This document shows, one piece after another, positions 49,401-62,851 of a stretch of DNA of 64,000 nucleotides. The stretch is from Macrostomum hystrix. Taxonomy: Eukaryota; Animalia; Platyhelminthes. The stretch spans positions 930,001 through 994,000 of the forward strand of contig CATNEN010000010.1 of assembly GCA_950097015.1 (NCBI GenBank), given 5' to 3'. Every line of letters starts with the position of its first letter. Position 1 is the stretch's first letter. The position numbers and the translations under genes were made by a program. The notes beneath the pieces were generated by a model, which was not told the DNA's origin, did no database searches, and saw only the letters and a list, made by a program, of their open reading frames with translations.

Positions 49401-52400
49401 CCCTTTTTATCATTTCCATACTCACGCTCTTCCCATCCCTTTTTATCATTTCCCCACTCACACTCTTCCCATCCCCTTTTTATCCCTCCCCCACTCACGC
49501 TCTTCCCATCCCCTTTATATCCCTCCCCCTACTCACGCTCTTTCCATCCCCTTTTTATCCCTCCCCCACTCACGCTCTTCCCATCCCCTTTTTATCCCTC
49601 CCCCACTCACGCTCTTCCCATCCTTTTTATCCCTCCCCTACTCACGCTCTTCCCATCCCCTTTTTATCCCTCCCCCACTCACGCTCTTCCCATCCCTTTT
49701 TATCATTTCCCCACTCACACTCTTCCCATCCCTTTTTATCATTTCCCCACTCACACTCTTCCCATCCCTTTTTATCATTTCCCCACTCACACTCTTCCCA
49801 TCCCCTTTTTATCCCTTCCCCACTCACGCTCTTCCCATCCCCCTTTTATCCTTCCCCCACTCACGCTCTTCCCATCCCTTTTTATCCCTCCCCCACTCAC
49901 GCTCTTTCCATCCCCCTTTTTATCCCTCCCCCACTCACGCTCTTCCCATCCCCCTTTTTATCCCTCCCCCACTCACGCTCTTCCCCTCCCTTTTTATCCT
50001 TTCCCCACTCACACTCTTCCCATCCCTTTTTATCCCTCCCCCACTCACGCTCTTCCCCTCCCTTTTTATCCTTTCCCCACTCACACTCTTCCCATCCCTT
50101 TTTATCCCTCCCCCACTCACGCTCTTCCCATCCCTTTTTATCCCTCCCCTACTCACGCTCTTCCCATCCCCTTTTTATCCCTCCCCCACTCACGCTCTTC
50201 CCATCCCTTTTTATCATTTCCCCACTCACACTCTTCTCATCCCTTTTTATCATTTCCCCACTCACACTCTTCCCATCCCCTTTTTATCCCTTCCCCACTC
50301 ACGCTCTTCCCATCCCCCTTTTTATCCTTTCCCCACTCACGCTCTTCCCATCCCTTTTTATCCCTCCTCCACTCACGCTCTTCCCATCCCCTTTTTATCC
50401 TCCCCCTACTCACGCTCTTTCCATCCCCTTTTTATCCCTCCCCCACTCACGCTCTTCCCATCCCCTTTTTATCCCTCCCCCACTCACGCTCTTCCCATCC
50501 CTTTTTATCATTTCCCCACTCACACTCTTCCCATCCCTTTTTATCATTTCCATACTCACGCTCTTCCCATCCCTTTTTATCATTTCCCCACTCACACTCT
50601 TCCCATCCCCTTTTTATCCCTCCCCCACTCACGCTCTTCCCATCCCCTTTTTATCCCTCCCCCTACTCACGCTCTTTCCATCCCCTTTTTATCCCTCCCC
50701 CACTCACGCTCTTCCCATCCCCTTTTTATCCCTCCCCCACTCACGCTCTTCCCATCCCTTTTTATCCCTTCCCCACTCACGCTCTTCCCATCCCCCTTTT
50801 TATCCTTCCCCCACTCACGCTCTTCCCATCCCTTTTTATCCCTCCTCCACTCACGCTCTTCCCATCCCCTTTTTATCCCTCCCCCTACTCACGCTCTTTC
50901 CATCCCCTTTTTATCCCTCCCCCACTCACGCTCTTCCCATCCCTTTTTATCATTTCCCCACTCACACTCTTCCCATCCCTTTTTATCATTTCCATACTCA
51001 CGCTCTTCCCATCCCTTTTTATCATTTCCCCACTCACACTCTTCCCATCCCCTTTTTATCCCTCCCCCACTCACGCTCTTCCCCTCCCTTTTTATCATTT
51101 CCCCACTCACACTCTTCCCATCCCCTTTTTATCCCTCCCCCACTCACGCTCTTCCCCTCCCTTTTTATCCTTTCCCCACTCACGCTCTTCCCCTCCCTTT
51201 TTATCCTTTCCCCACTCACGCTCTTCCCATCCCTTTTTATCCCTCCTCCACTCACGCTCTTCCCATCCCCTTTTTATCCCTCCCCCTACTCACGCTCTTT
51301 CCATCCCCTTTTTATCCCTCCCCCACTCACGCTCTTCCCATCCCCTTTTTATCCCTCCCCCACTCACGCTCTTCCCATCCCTTTTTATCATTTCCCCACT
51401 CACACTCTTCCCATCCCTTTTTATCATTTCTATACTCACGCTCTTCCCATCCCTTTTTATCATTTCCCCACTCACACTCTTCCCATCCCCTTTTTATCCC
51501 TCCCCCACTCACGCTCTTCCCATCCCCTTTATATCCCTCCCCCTACTCACGCTCTTTCCATCCCCTTTTTATCCCTCCCCCACTCACGCTCTTCCCATCC
51601 CCTTTTTATCCCTCCCCCACTCACGCTCTTCCCATCCTTTTTTATCCCTCCCCTACTCACGCTCTTCCCATCCCCTTTTTATCCCTCCCCCACTCACGCT
51701 CTTCCCATCCCTTTTTATCATTTCCCCACTCACACTCTTCCCATCCCTTTTTATCATTTCCCCACTCACACTCTTCCCATCCCTTTTTATCATTTCCCCA
51801 CTCACACTCTTCCCATCCCCTTTTTATCCCTTCCCCACTCACGCTCTTCCCATCCCCCTTTTTATCCTTCCCCCACTCACGCTCTTCCCATCCCTTTTTA
51901 TCCCTCCCCCACTCACGCTCTTTCCATCCCCCTTTTTATCCCTCCCCCACTCACGCTCTTCCCATCCCCCTTTTTATCCCTCCCCCACTCACGCTCTTCC
52001 CCTCCCTTTTTATCCTTTCCCCACTCACACTCTTCCCATCCCTTTTTATCCCTCCCCCACTCACGCTCTTCCCCTCCCTTTTTATCCTTTCCCCACTCAC
52101 ACTCTTCCCATCCCTTTTTATCCCTCCCCCACTCACGCTCTTCCCATCCCTTTTTATCCCTCCCCTACTCACGCTCTTCCCATCCCCTTTTTATCCCTCC
52201 CCCACTCACGCTCTTCCCATCCCTTTTTATCATTTCCCCACTCACACTCTTCTCATCCCTTTTTATCATTTCCCCACTCACACTCTTCCCATCCCCTTTT
52301 TATCCCTTCCCCACTCACGCTCTTCCCATCCCCCTTTTTATCCTTTCCCCACTCACGCTCTTCCCATCCCTTTTTATCCCTCCTCCACTCACGCTCTTCC

Positions 52401-55400
52401 CATCCCCTTTTTATCCCTCCCCCTACTCACGCTCTTTCCATCCCCTTTTTATCCCTCCCCCACTCACGCTCTTCCCATCCCCTTTTTATCCCTCCCCCAC
52501 TCACGCTCTTCCCATCCCTTTTTATCATTTCCCCACTCACACTCTTCCCATCCCTTTTTATCATTTCCATACTCACGCTCTTCCCATCCCTTTTTATCAT
52601 TTCCCCACTCACACTCTTCCCATCCCCTTTTTATCCCTCCCCCACTCACGCTCTTCCCATCCCCTTTTTATCCCTCCCCCTACTCACGCTCTTTCCATCC
52701 CCTTTTTATCCCTCCCCCACTCACGCTCTTCCCATCCCCTTTTTATCCCTCCCCCACTCACGCTCTTCCCATCCCTTTTTATCCTTTCCCCACTCACACT
52801 CTTCCCATCCCCCTTTTTATCCTTTCCCCACTCACGCTCTTCCCCTCCCTTTTTATCATTTCCCCACTCACACTCTTCCCATCCCCTTTTTATCCCTCCC
52901 CCACTCACGCTCTTCCCCTCCCTTTTTATCCTTTCCCCACTCACGCTCTTCCCATCCCTTTTTATCCTTTCCCCACTCACGCTCTTCCCATCCCTTTTTA
53001 TCCTTTCCCCACTCACGCTCTTCCCATCCCTTTTTATCCCTCCTCCACTCACGCTCTTCCCATCCCCTTTTTATCCCTCCCCCACTCACGCTCTTCCCAT
53101 CCCTTTTTATCCCTCCCCTACTCACGCTCTTTCCATCCCCTTTTTATCCCTCCCCAACTCACGCTCTTCCCATCCCTTTTTATCATTTCCCCACTCACAC
53201 TCTTCCCATCCCCCTTTTTATCCTTTCCCCACTCACGCTCTTCCCCTCCCTTTTTATCATTTCCCCACTCACACTCTTCCCATCCCTTTTTATCATTTCC
53301 CCACTCACACTCTTCCCATCCCTTTTTATCATTTCCCCACTCACACTCTTCCCATCCCCTTTTTATCCCTCCCCCACTCACGCTCTTCCCATCCCTTTTT
53401 ATCATTTCCCCACTCACACTCTTCCCATCCCCTTTTTATCCCTCCCCCACTCACGCTCTTCCCATCCCTTTTTATCCCTCCTCCACTCACGCTCTTCCCA
53501 TCCCCTTTTTATCCCTCCCCCACTCACGCTCTTTCCATCCCCTTTTTATCCCTCCCCCACTCACGCTCTTCCCATCCCCTTTTTATCCCTCCCCCACTCA
53601 CGCTCTTCCCATCCCTTTTTATCCTTTCCCCACTCACACTCTTCCCATCCCCCTTTTTATCCTTTCCCCACTCACGCTCTTCCCCTCCCTTTTTATCATT
53701 TCCCCACTCACACTCTTCCCATCCCCTTTTTATCCCTCCCGCACTCACGCTCTTCCCATCCCTTTTTATCATTTCCCCACTCACACTCTTCCCATCCCTT
53801 TTTATCATTTCCATACTCACGCTCTTCCCATCCCTTTTTATCATTTCCCCACTCACACTCTTCCCATCCCCTTTTTATCCCTCCCCCACTCACGCTCTTC
53901 CCCTCCCTTTTTATCATTTCCCCACTCACACTCTTCCCATCCCCTTTTTATCCCTCCCCCACTCACGCTCTTCCCCTCCCTTTTTATCCTTTCCCCACTC
54001 ACGCTCTTCCCCTCCCTTTTTATCCTTTCCCCACTCACGCTCTTCCCATCCCTTTTTATCCCTCCTCCACTCACGCTCTTCCCATCCCCTTTTTATCCCT
54101 CCCCCTACTCACGCTCTTTCCATCCCCTTTTTATCCCTCCCCCACTCACGCTCTTCCCATCCCCTTTTTATCCCTCCCCCACTCACGCTCTTCCCATCCC
54201 TTTTTATCATTTCCCCACTCACACTCTTCCCATCCCTTTTTATCATTTCCATACTCACGCTCTTCCCATCCCTTTTTATCATTTCCCCACTCACACTCTT
54301 CCCATCCCCTTTTTATCCCTCCCCCACTCACGCTCTTCCCATCCCCTTTATATCCCTCCCCCTACTCACGCTCTTTCCATCCCCTTTTTATCCCTCCCCC
54401 ACTCACGCTCTTCCCATCCCCTTTTTATCCCTCCCCCACTCACGCTCTTCCCATCCTTTTTTATCCCTCCCCTACTCACGCTCTTCCCATCCCCTTTTTA
54501 TCCCTCCCCCACTCACGCTCTTCCCATCCCTTTTTATCATTTCCCCACTCACACTCTTCCCATCCCTTTTTATCCCTCCCCCACTCACGCTCTTCCCATC
54601 CCTTTTTATCATTTCCCCACTCACACTCTTCCCATCCCTTTTTATCATTTCCCCACTCACACTCTTCCCATCCCTTTTTATCATTTCCCCACTCACACTC
54701 TTCCCATCCCCTTTTTATCCCTTCCCCACTCACGCTCTTCCCATCCCCCTTTTTATCCTTCCCCCACTCACGCTCTTCCCATCCCTTTTTATCCCTCCCC
54801 CACTCACGCTCTTTCCATCCCCCTTTTTATCCCTCCCCCACTCACGCTCTTCCCATCCCCCTTTTTATCCCTCCCCCACTCACGCTCTTCCCCTCCCTTT
54901 TTATCCTTTCCCCACTCACACTCTTCCCATCCCTTTTTATCCCTCCCCCACTCACGCTCTTCCCCTCCCTTTTTATCCTTTCCCCACTCACACTCTTCCC
55001 ATCCCTTTTTATCCCTCCCCCACTCACGCTCTTCCCATCCCTTTTTATCCCTCCCCTACTCACGCTCTTCCCATCCCCTTTTTATCCCTCCCCCACTCAC
55101 GCTCTTCCCATCCCTTTTTATCATTTCCCCACTCACACTCTTCTCATCCCTTTTTATCATTTCCCCACTCACACTCTTCCCATCCCCTTTTTATCCCTTC
55201 CCCACTCACGCTCTTCCCATCCCCCTTTTTATCCTTCCCCCACTCACGCTCTTCCCATCCCTTTTTATCCCTCCCCCACTCACGCTCTTCCCCTCCCTTT
55301 TTATCCTTTCCCCACTCACACTCTTCCCATCCCTTTTTATCCCTCCCCCATTCACGCTCTTCCCATCCCTTTTTATCCCTCCCCCACTCACGCTCTTCCC

Positions 55401-58400
55401 ATCCCTATTTATCCCTCCCCCACTCACGCTCTTCCCATCCCTTTTTATCATTTCCCCACTCACACTCTTCCCATCCCTTTTTATCATTTCCATACTCACG
55501 CTCTTCCCATCCCCTTTTTATCCCTCCCCCACTCACGCTCTTCCCCTCCCTTTTTATCATTTCCCCACTCACGCTCTTCCCCTCCCTTTTTATCCTTTCC
55601 CCACTCACGCTCTTCCCATCCCTTTTTATCCTTTCCCCACTCACGCTCTTCCCATCCCTTTTTATCCTTTCCCCACTCACGCTCTTCCCATCCCTTTTTA
55701 TCCCTCCTCCACTCACGCTCTTCCCATCCCCTTTTTATCCCTCCCCCACTCACGCTCTTCCCATCCCTTTTTATCCCTCCCCTACTCACGCTCTTTCCAT
55801 CCCCTTTTTATCCCTCCCCAACTCACGCTCTTCCCATCCCTTTTTATCATTTCCCCACTCACACTCTTCCCATCCCCCTTTTTATCCTTTCCCCACTCAC
55901 GCTCTTCCCCTCCCTTTTTATCATTTCCCCACTCACACTCTTCCCATCCCTTTTTATCATTTCCCCACTCACACTCTTCCCATCCCTTTTTATCATTTCC
56001 CCACTCACACTCTTCCCATCCCCTTTTTATCCCTCCCCCACTCACGCTCTTCCCATCCCTTTTTATCATTTCCCCACTCACACTCTTCCCATCCCCTTTT
56101 TATCCCTCCCCCACTCACGCTCTTCCCATCCCTTTTTATCCCTCCTCCACTCACGCTCTTCCCATCCCCTTTTTATCCCTCCCCCACTCACGCTCTTTCC
56201 ATCCCCTTTTTATCCCTCCCCCACTCACGCTCTTCCCATCCCCTTTTTATCCCTCCCCCACTCACGCTCTTCCCATCCCTTTTTATCCTTTCCCCACTCA
56301 CACTCTTCCCATCCCCCTTTTTATCCTTTCCCCACTCACGCTCTTCCCCTCCCTTTTTATCATTTCCCCACTCACACTCTTCCCATCCCCTTTTTATCCC
56401 TCCCCCACTCACGCTCTTCCCCTCCCTTTTTATCCTTTCCCCACTCACGCTCTTCCCATCCCTTTTTATCCTTTCCCCACTCACGCTCTTCCCATCCCTT
56501 TTTATCCTTTCCCCACTCACGCTCTTCCCATCCCTTTTTATCCCTCCTCCACTCACGCTCTTCCCATCCCCTTTTTATCCCTCCCCCACTCACGCTCTTC
56601 CCATCCCTTTTTATCCTTTCCCCACTCACGCTCTTCCCATCCCTTTTTATCCCTCCTCCACTCACGCTCTTCCCATCCCCTTTTTATCCCTCCCCCACTC
56701 ACGCTCTTCCCATCCCCTTTTTATCCCTCCCCCTACTCACGCTCTTTCCATCCCCTTTTTATCCCTCCCCCACTCACGCTCTTCCCATCCCCTTTTTATC
56801 CCTCCCCCACTCACGCTCTTCCCATCCCTTTTTATCCCTCCCCTACTCACGCTCTTCCCATCCCCCTTTTTATCCCTCCCGCACTCACGCTCTTCCCATC
56901 CCTTTTTATCATTTCCCCACTCACACTCTTCCCATCCCTTTTTATCATTTCCATACTCACGCTCTTCCCATCCCTTTTTATCATTTCCCCACTCACACTC
57001 TTCCCATCCCCTTTTTATCCCTCCCCCACTCACGCTCTTCCCCTCCCTTTTTATCATTTCCCCACTCACACTCTTCCCATCCCCTTTTTATCCCTCCCCC
57101 ACTCACGCTCTTCCCCTCCCTTTTTATCCTTTCCCCACTCACGCTCTTCCCCTCCCTTTTTATCCTTTCCCCACTCACGCTCTTCCCATCCCTTTTTATC
57201 CCTCCTCCACTCACGCTCTTCCCATCCCCTTTTTATCCCTCCCCCTACTCACGCTCTTTCCATCCCCTTTTTATCCCTCCCCCACTCACGCTCTTCCCAT
57301 CCCCTTTTTATCCCTCCCCCACTCACGCTCTTCCCATCCCTTTTTATCATTTCCCCACTCACACTCTTCCCATCCCTTTTTATCATTTCCATACTCACGC
57401 TCTTCCCATCCCTTTTTATCATTTCCCCACTCACACTCTTCCCATCCCCTTTTTATCCCTCCCCCACTCACGCTCTTCCCATCCCCTTTATATCCCTCCC
57501 CCTACTCACGCTCTTTCCATCCCCTTTTTATCCCTCCCCCACTCACGCTCTTCCCATCCCCTTTTTATCCCTCCCCCACTCACGCTCTTCCCATCCTTTT
57601 TTATCCCTCCCCTACTCACGCTCTTCCCATCCCCTTTTTATCCCTCCCCCACTCACGCTCTTCCCATCCCTTTTTATCATTTCCCCACTCACACTCTTCC
57701 CATCCCTTTTTATCCCTCCCCCACTCACGCTCTTCCCATCCCTTTTTATCATTTCCCCACTCACACTCTTCCCATCCCTTTTTATCATTTCCCCACTCAC
57801 ACTCTTCCCATCCCTTTTTATCATTTCCCCACTCACACTCTTCCCATCCCCTTTTTATCCCTTCCCCACTCACGCTCTTCCCATCCCCCTTTTTATCCTT
57901 CCCCCACTCACGCTCTTCCCATCCCTTTTTATCCCTCCCCCACTCACGCTCTTTCCATCCCCCTTTTTATCCCTCCCCCACTCACGCTCTTCCCATCCCC
58001 CTTTTTATCCCTCCCCCACTCACGCTCTTCCCCTCCCTTTTTATCCTTTCCCCACTCACACTCTTCCCATCCCTTTTTATCCCTCCCCCACTCACGCTCT
58101 TCCCCTCCCTTTTTATCCTTTCCCCACTCACACTCTTCCCATCCCTTTTTATCCCTCCCCCACTCACGCTCTTCCCATCCCTTTTTATCCCTCCCCTACT
58201 CACGCTCTTCCCATCCCCTTTTTATCCCTCCCCCACTCACGCTCTTCCCATCCCTTTTTATCATTTCCCCACTCACACTCTTCTCATCCCTTTTTATCAT
58301 TTCCCCACTCACACTCTTCCCATCCCCTTTTTATCCCTTCCCCACTCACGCTCTTCCCATCCCCCTTTTTATCCTTCCCCCACTCACGCTCTTCCCATCC

Positions 58401-61400
58401 CTTTTTATCCCTCCCCCACTCACGCTCTTCCCCTCCCTTTTTATCCTTTCCCCACTCACACTCTTCCCATCCCTTTTTATCCCTCCCCCATTCACGCTCT
58501 TCCCATCCCTTTTTATCCCTCCCCCACTCACGCTCTTCCCATCCCTATTTATCCCTCCCCCACTCACGCTCTTCCCATCCCTTTTTATCATTTCCCCACT
58601 CACACTCTTCCAATCCCTTTTTATCATTTCCATACTCACGCTCTTCCCATCCCCTTTTTATCCCTCCCCCACTCACGCTCTTCCCCTCCCTTTTTATCAT
58701 TTCCCCACTCACACTCTTCCCATCCCCTTTTTATCCCTCCCCCACTCACGCTCTTCCCCTCCCTTTTTATCCTTTCCCCACTCACGCTCTTCCCCTCCCT
58801 TTTTATCCTTTCCCCACTCACGCTCTTCCCATCCCTTTTTATCCCTCCTCCACTCACGCTCTTCCCATCCCCTTTTTATCCCTCCCCCTACTCACGCTCT
58901 TTCCATCCCCTTTTTATCCCTCCCCCACTCACGCTCTTCCCATCCCCTTTTTATCCCTCCCCCACTCACGCTCTTCCCATCCCTTTTTATCATTTCCCCA
59001 CTCACACTCTTCCCATCCCTTTTTATCATTTCCATACTCACGCTCTTCCCATCCCTTTTTATCATTTCCCCACTCACACTCTTCCCATCCCCTTTTTATC
59101 CCTCCCCCACTCACGCTCTTCCCATCCCCTTTTTATCCCTCCCCCTACTCACGCTCTTTCCATCCCCTTTTTATCCCTCCCCCACTCACGCTCTTCCCAT
59201 CCCCTTTTTATCCCTCCCCCACTCACGCTCTTCCCATCCCTTTTTATCCTTTCCCCACTCACACTCTTCCCATCCCCCTTTTTATCCTTTCCCCACTCAC
59301 GCTCTTCCCCTCCCTTTTTATCATTTCCCCACTCACACTCTTCCCATCCCCTTTTTATCCCTCCCCCACTCACGCTCTTCCCCTCCCTTTTTATCCTTTC
59401 CCCACTCACGCTCTTCCCATCCCTTTTTATCCTTTCCCCACTCACGCTCTTCCCATCCCTTTTTATCCTTTCCCCACTCACGCTCTTCCCATCCCTTTTT
59501 ATCCCTCCTCCACTCACGCTCTTCCCATCCCCTTTTTATCCCTCCCCCACTCACGCTCTTCCCATCCCTTTTTATCCCTCCCCTACTCACGCTCTTTCCA
59601 TCCCCTTTTTATCCCTCCCCAACTCACGCTCTTCCCATCCCTTTTTATCATTTCCCCACTCACACTCTTCCCATCCCCCTTTTTATCCTTTCCCCACTCA
59701 CGCTCTTCCCCTCCCTTTTTATCATTTCCCCACTCACACTCTTCCCATCCCTTTTTATCATTTCCCCACTCACACTCTTCCCATCCCTTTTTATCATTTC
59801 CCCACTCACACTCTTCCCATCCCCTTTTTATCCCTCCCCCACTCACGCTCTTCCCATCCCTTTTTATCATTTCCCCACTCACACTCTTCCCATCCCCTTT
59901 TTATCCCTCCCCCACTCACGCTCTTCCCATCCCTTTTTATCCCTCCTCCACTCACGCTCTTCCCATCCCCTTTTTATCCCTCCCCCACTCACGCTCTTTC
60001 CATCCCCTTTTTATCCCTCCCCCACTCACGCTCTTCCCATCCCCTTTTTATCCCTCCCCCACTCACGCTCTTTCCCATCCCTTTTTATCCTTTCCCCACT
60101 CACACTCTTCCCATCCCCCTTTTTATCCTTTCCCCACTCACGCTCTTCCCCTCCCTTTTTATCATTTCCCCACTCACACTCTTCCCATCCCCTTTTTATC
60201 CCTCCCCCACTCACGCTCTTCCCCTCCCTTTTTATCCTTTCCCCACTCACGCTCTTCCCATCCCTTTTTATCCTTTCCCCACTCACGCTCTTCCCATCCC
60301 TTTTTATCCTTTCCCCACTCACGCTCTTCCCATCCCTTTTTATCCCTCCTCCACTCACGCTCTTCCCATCCCGTTTTTATCCCTCCCCCACTCACGCTCT
60401 TCCCATCCCCTTTTTATCCCTCCCCCTACTCACGCTCTTTCCATCCCCTTTTTATCCCTCCCCCACTCACGCTCTTCCCATCCCCTTTTTATCCCTCCCC
60501 CACTCACGCTCTTCCCCTCCCTTTTTATCCTTTCCCCACTCACGCTCTTCCCATCCCCCTTTTTATCCCTCCCCCACTCACGCTCTTCCCATCCCTTTTT
60601 ATCATTTCCCCACTCACACTCTTCCCATCCCTTTTTATCATTTCCATACTCACGCTCTTCCCATCCCTTTTTATCATTTCCCCACTCACACTCTTCCCAT
60701 CCCCTTTTTATCCCTCCCCCACTCACGCTCTTCCCCTCCCTTTTTATCATTTCCCCACTCACACTCTTCCCATCCCCTTTTTATCCCTCCCCCACTCACG
60801 CTCTTCCCCTCCCTTTTTATCCTTTCCCCACTCACGCTCTTCCCATCCCTTTTTATCCCTCCTCCACTCACGCTCTTCCCATCCCCTTTTTATCCCTCCC
60901 CCTACTCACGCTCTTTCCATCCCCTTTTTATCCCTCCCCCACTCACGCTCTTCCCATCCCCTTTTTATCCCTCCCCCACTCACGCTCTTCCCATCCCTTT
61001 TTATCATTTCCCCACTCACACTCTTCCCATCCCTTTTTATCATTTCCATACTCACGCTCTTCCCATCCCTTTTTATCATTTCCCCACTCACACTCTTCCC
61101 ATCCCCTTTTTATCCCTCCCCCACTCACGCTCTTCCCATCCCCTTTTTATCCCTCCCCCTACTCACGCTCTTTCCATCCCCTTTTTATCCCTCCCCCACT
61201 CACGCTCTTCCCATCCCCTTTTTATCCCTCCCCCACTCACGCTCTTCCCATCCCTTTTTATCCCTCCCCTACTCACGCTCTTCCCATCCCCTTTTTATCC
61301 CTCCCCCACTCACGCTCTTCCCATCCCTTTTTATCATTTCCCCACTCACACTCTTCCCATCCCTTTTTATCCCTCCCCCACTCACGCTCTTCCCATCCCT

Positions 61401-62380
61401 TTTTATCATTTCCCCACTCACACTCTTCCCATCCCTTTTTATCATTTCCCCACTCACACTCTTCCCATCCCTTTTTATCATTTCCCCACTCACACTCTTC
61501 CCATCCCCTTTTTATCCCTTCCCCACTCACGCTCTTCCCATCCCCCTTTTTATCCTTCCCCCACTCACGCTCTTCCCATCCCTTTTTATCCCTCCCCCAC
61601 TCACGCTCTTCCCATCCCCTTTTTATCCCTTCCCCACTCACGCTCTTCCCATCCCCCTTTTTATCCCTCCCCCACTCACGCTCTTCCCCTCCCTTTTTAT
61701 CCTTTCCCCACTCACACTCTTCCCATCCCTTTTTATCCCTCCCCCACTCACGCTCTTCCCCTCCCTTTTTATCCTTTCCCCACTCACACTCTTCCCATCC
61801 CTTTTTATCCCTCCCCCACTCACGCTCTTCCCATCCCTTTTTATCCCTCCCCTACTCACGCTCTTCCCATCCCCTTTTTATCCCTCCCCCACTCACGCTC
61901 TTCCCATCCCTTTTTATCATTTCCCCACTCACACTCTTCTCATCCCTTTTTATCATTTCCCCACTCACACTCTTCCCATCCCCTTTTTATCCCTTCCCCA
62001 CTCACGCTCTTCCCATCCCCCTTTTTATCCTTCCCCCACTCACGCTCTTCCCATCCCTTTTTATCCCTCCCCCACTCACGCTCTTCCCCTCCCTTTTTAT
62101 CCTTTCCCCACTCACACTCTTCCCATCCCTTTTTATCCCTCCCCCATTCACGCTCTTCCCATCCCTTTTTATCCCTCCCCCACTCACGCTCTTCCCATCC
62201 CTATTTATCCCTCCCCCACTCACGCTCTTCCCATCCTCTTTTATCCCTTCCCCACTCACGCTCTTCCCATTCCCTTTTTATCCCTTACCCACTCACGCTC
62301 TTCCCATCCTCTGTCTCCCTCTCTCACTCACGCTATTCCCATCCTTTTTATCCCTCCCCCACTCACGCTCTTCCCATCCC
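43450..62380. repeat. Large satellite array, 36/37-bp units, about 19 kb (roughly 520 units), with higher-order duplications
   Basis: Consensus CACTCAC(G/A)CTCTTCCCATCCC(C)TTTTTATC(CCTC/ATTT/CTTT)CCC, about 86% pyrimidine on the + strand. Rare variants recur at kb-scale spacings. Confidence 0.98.
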
Positions 62381-62518
62381 TGTCTCTCTCTAAAATACAA
62401 ATATGCAAATTTAGGCGCATACCCTTGTATTTATGCTGTCAGTAGCAGTATCAGTAGAGTTCTTCGCAACAACAGTCAAATTATATTCATTTTGTACTTT
62501 TAGTCAGCACTCTGCCAG

Positions 62519-62851
62519 ATGCGCAGCGCTTTTACAGCCATCAGCAACAGCTGCCGTCTTCAACAGCAGCAGCAGCAGCTTCTTCTGCTTCGCCGGCAGC
62601 CGCCAGTAGCTGCGCGAGCCGCCCCTGTCCGCACAATGCTCATGATGGGGCCGTACGATCCGCGCACACCGGACGACCAGGAGCCCGGCGTCATTGTGCG
62701 CCTGAAGCAGGAGGTGCCGGAGGAAGCCAAACAGAGCTTCAAGCAGCGCATGGCGGATTATCGGGCCAAGCACCATCCCGAGCCACCCGCCTGTGACATC
62801 GGCCTGCCGCGGTCGCTTCTTACCACCAAGCAGGCACAGGAGCCGGACCAG
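62519..62851 (+). CDS. First coding exon (111 codons) of a probable mitochondrial protein, possibly mitochondrial ribosomal protein mL38; no downstream exon identified in the window
   Basis: The N-terminus is Arg-rich and free of acidic residues, like a targeting peptide. SFKQRMADY...PPACDIGLP resembles remembered mL38 N-termini (fly SLEQRL...INIGF, human IDIGLPP). Donor GACCAG|gtcagg at 62851; acceptors at 62503 and 62518 precede the ATG. Confidence 0.5.

Noticed and set aside
43228-62445. Two ~6400-aa ORFs and dozens of minus-strand ORFs in the satellite
   Set aside because: The pyrimidine-rich unit has no stop codons on the + strand. Several frames are open at once, 36/37-bp units shuffle the same peptides between frames, and the starts lie outside the array.
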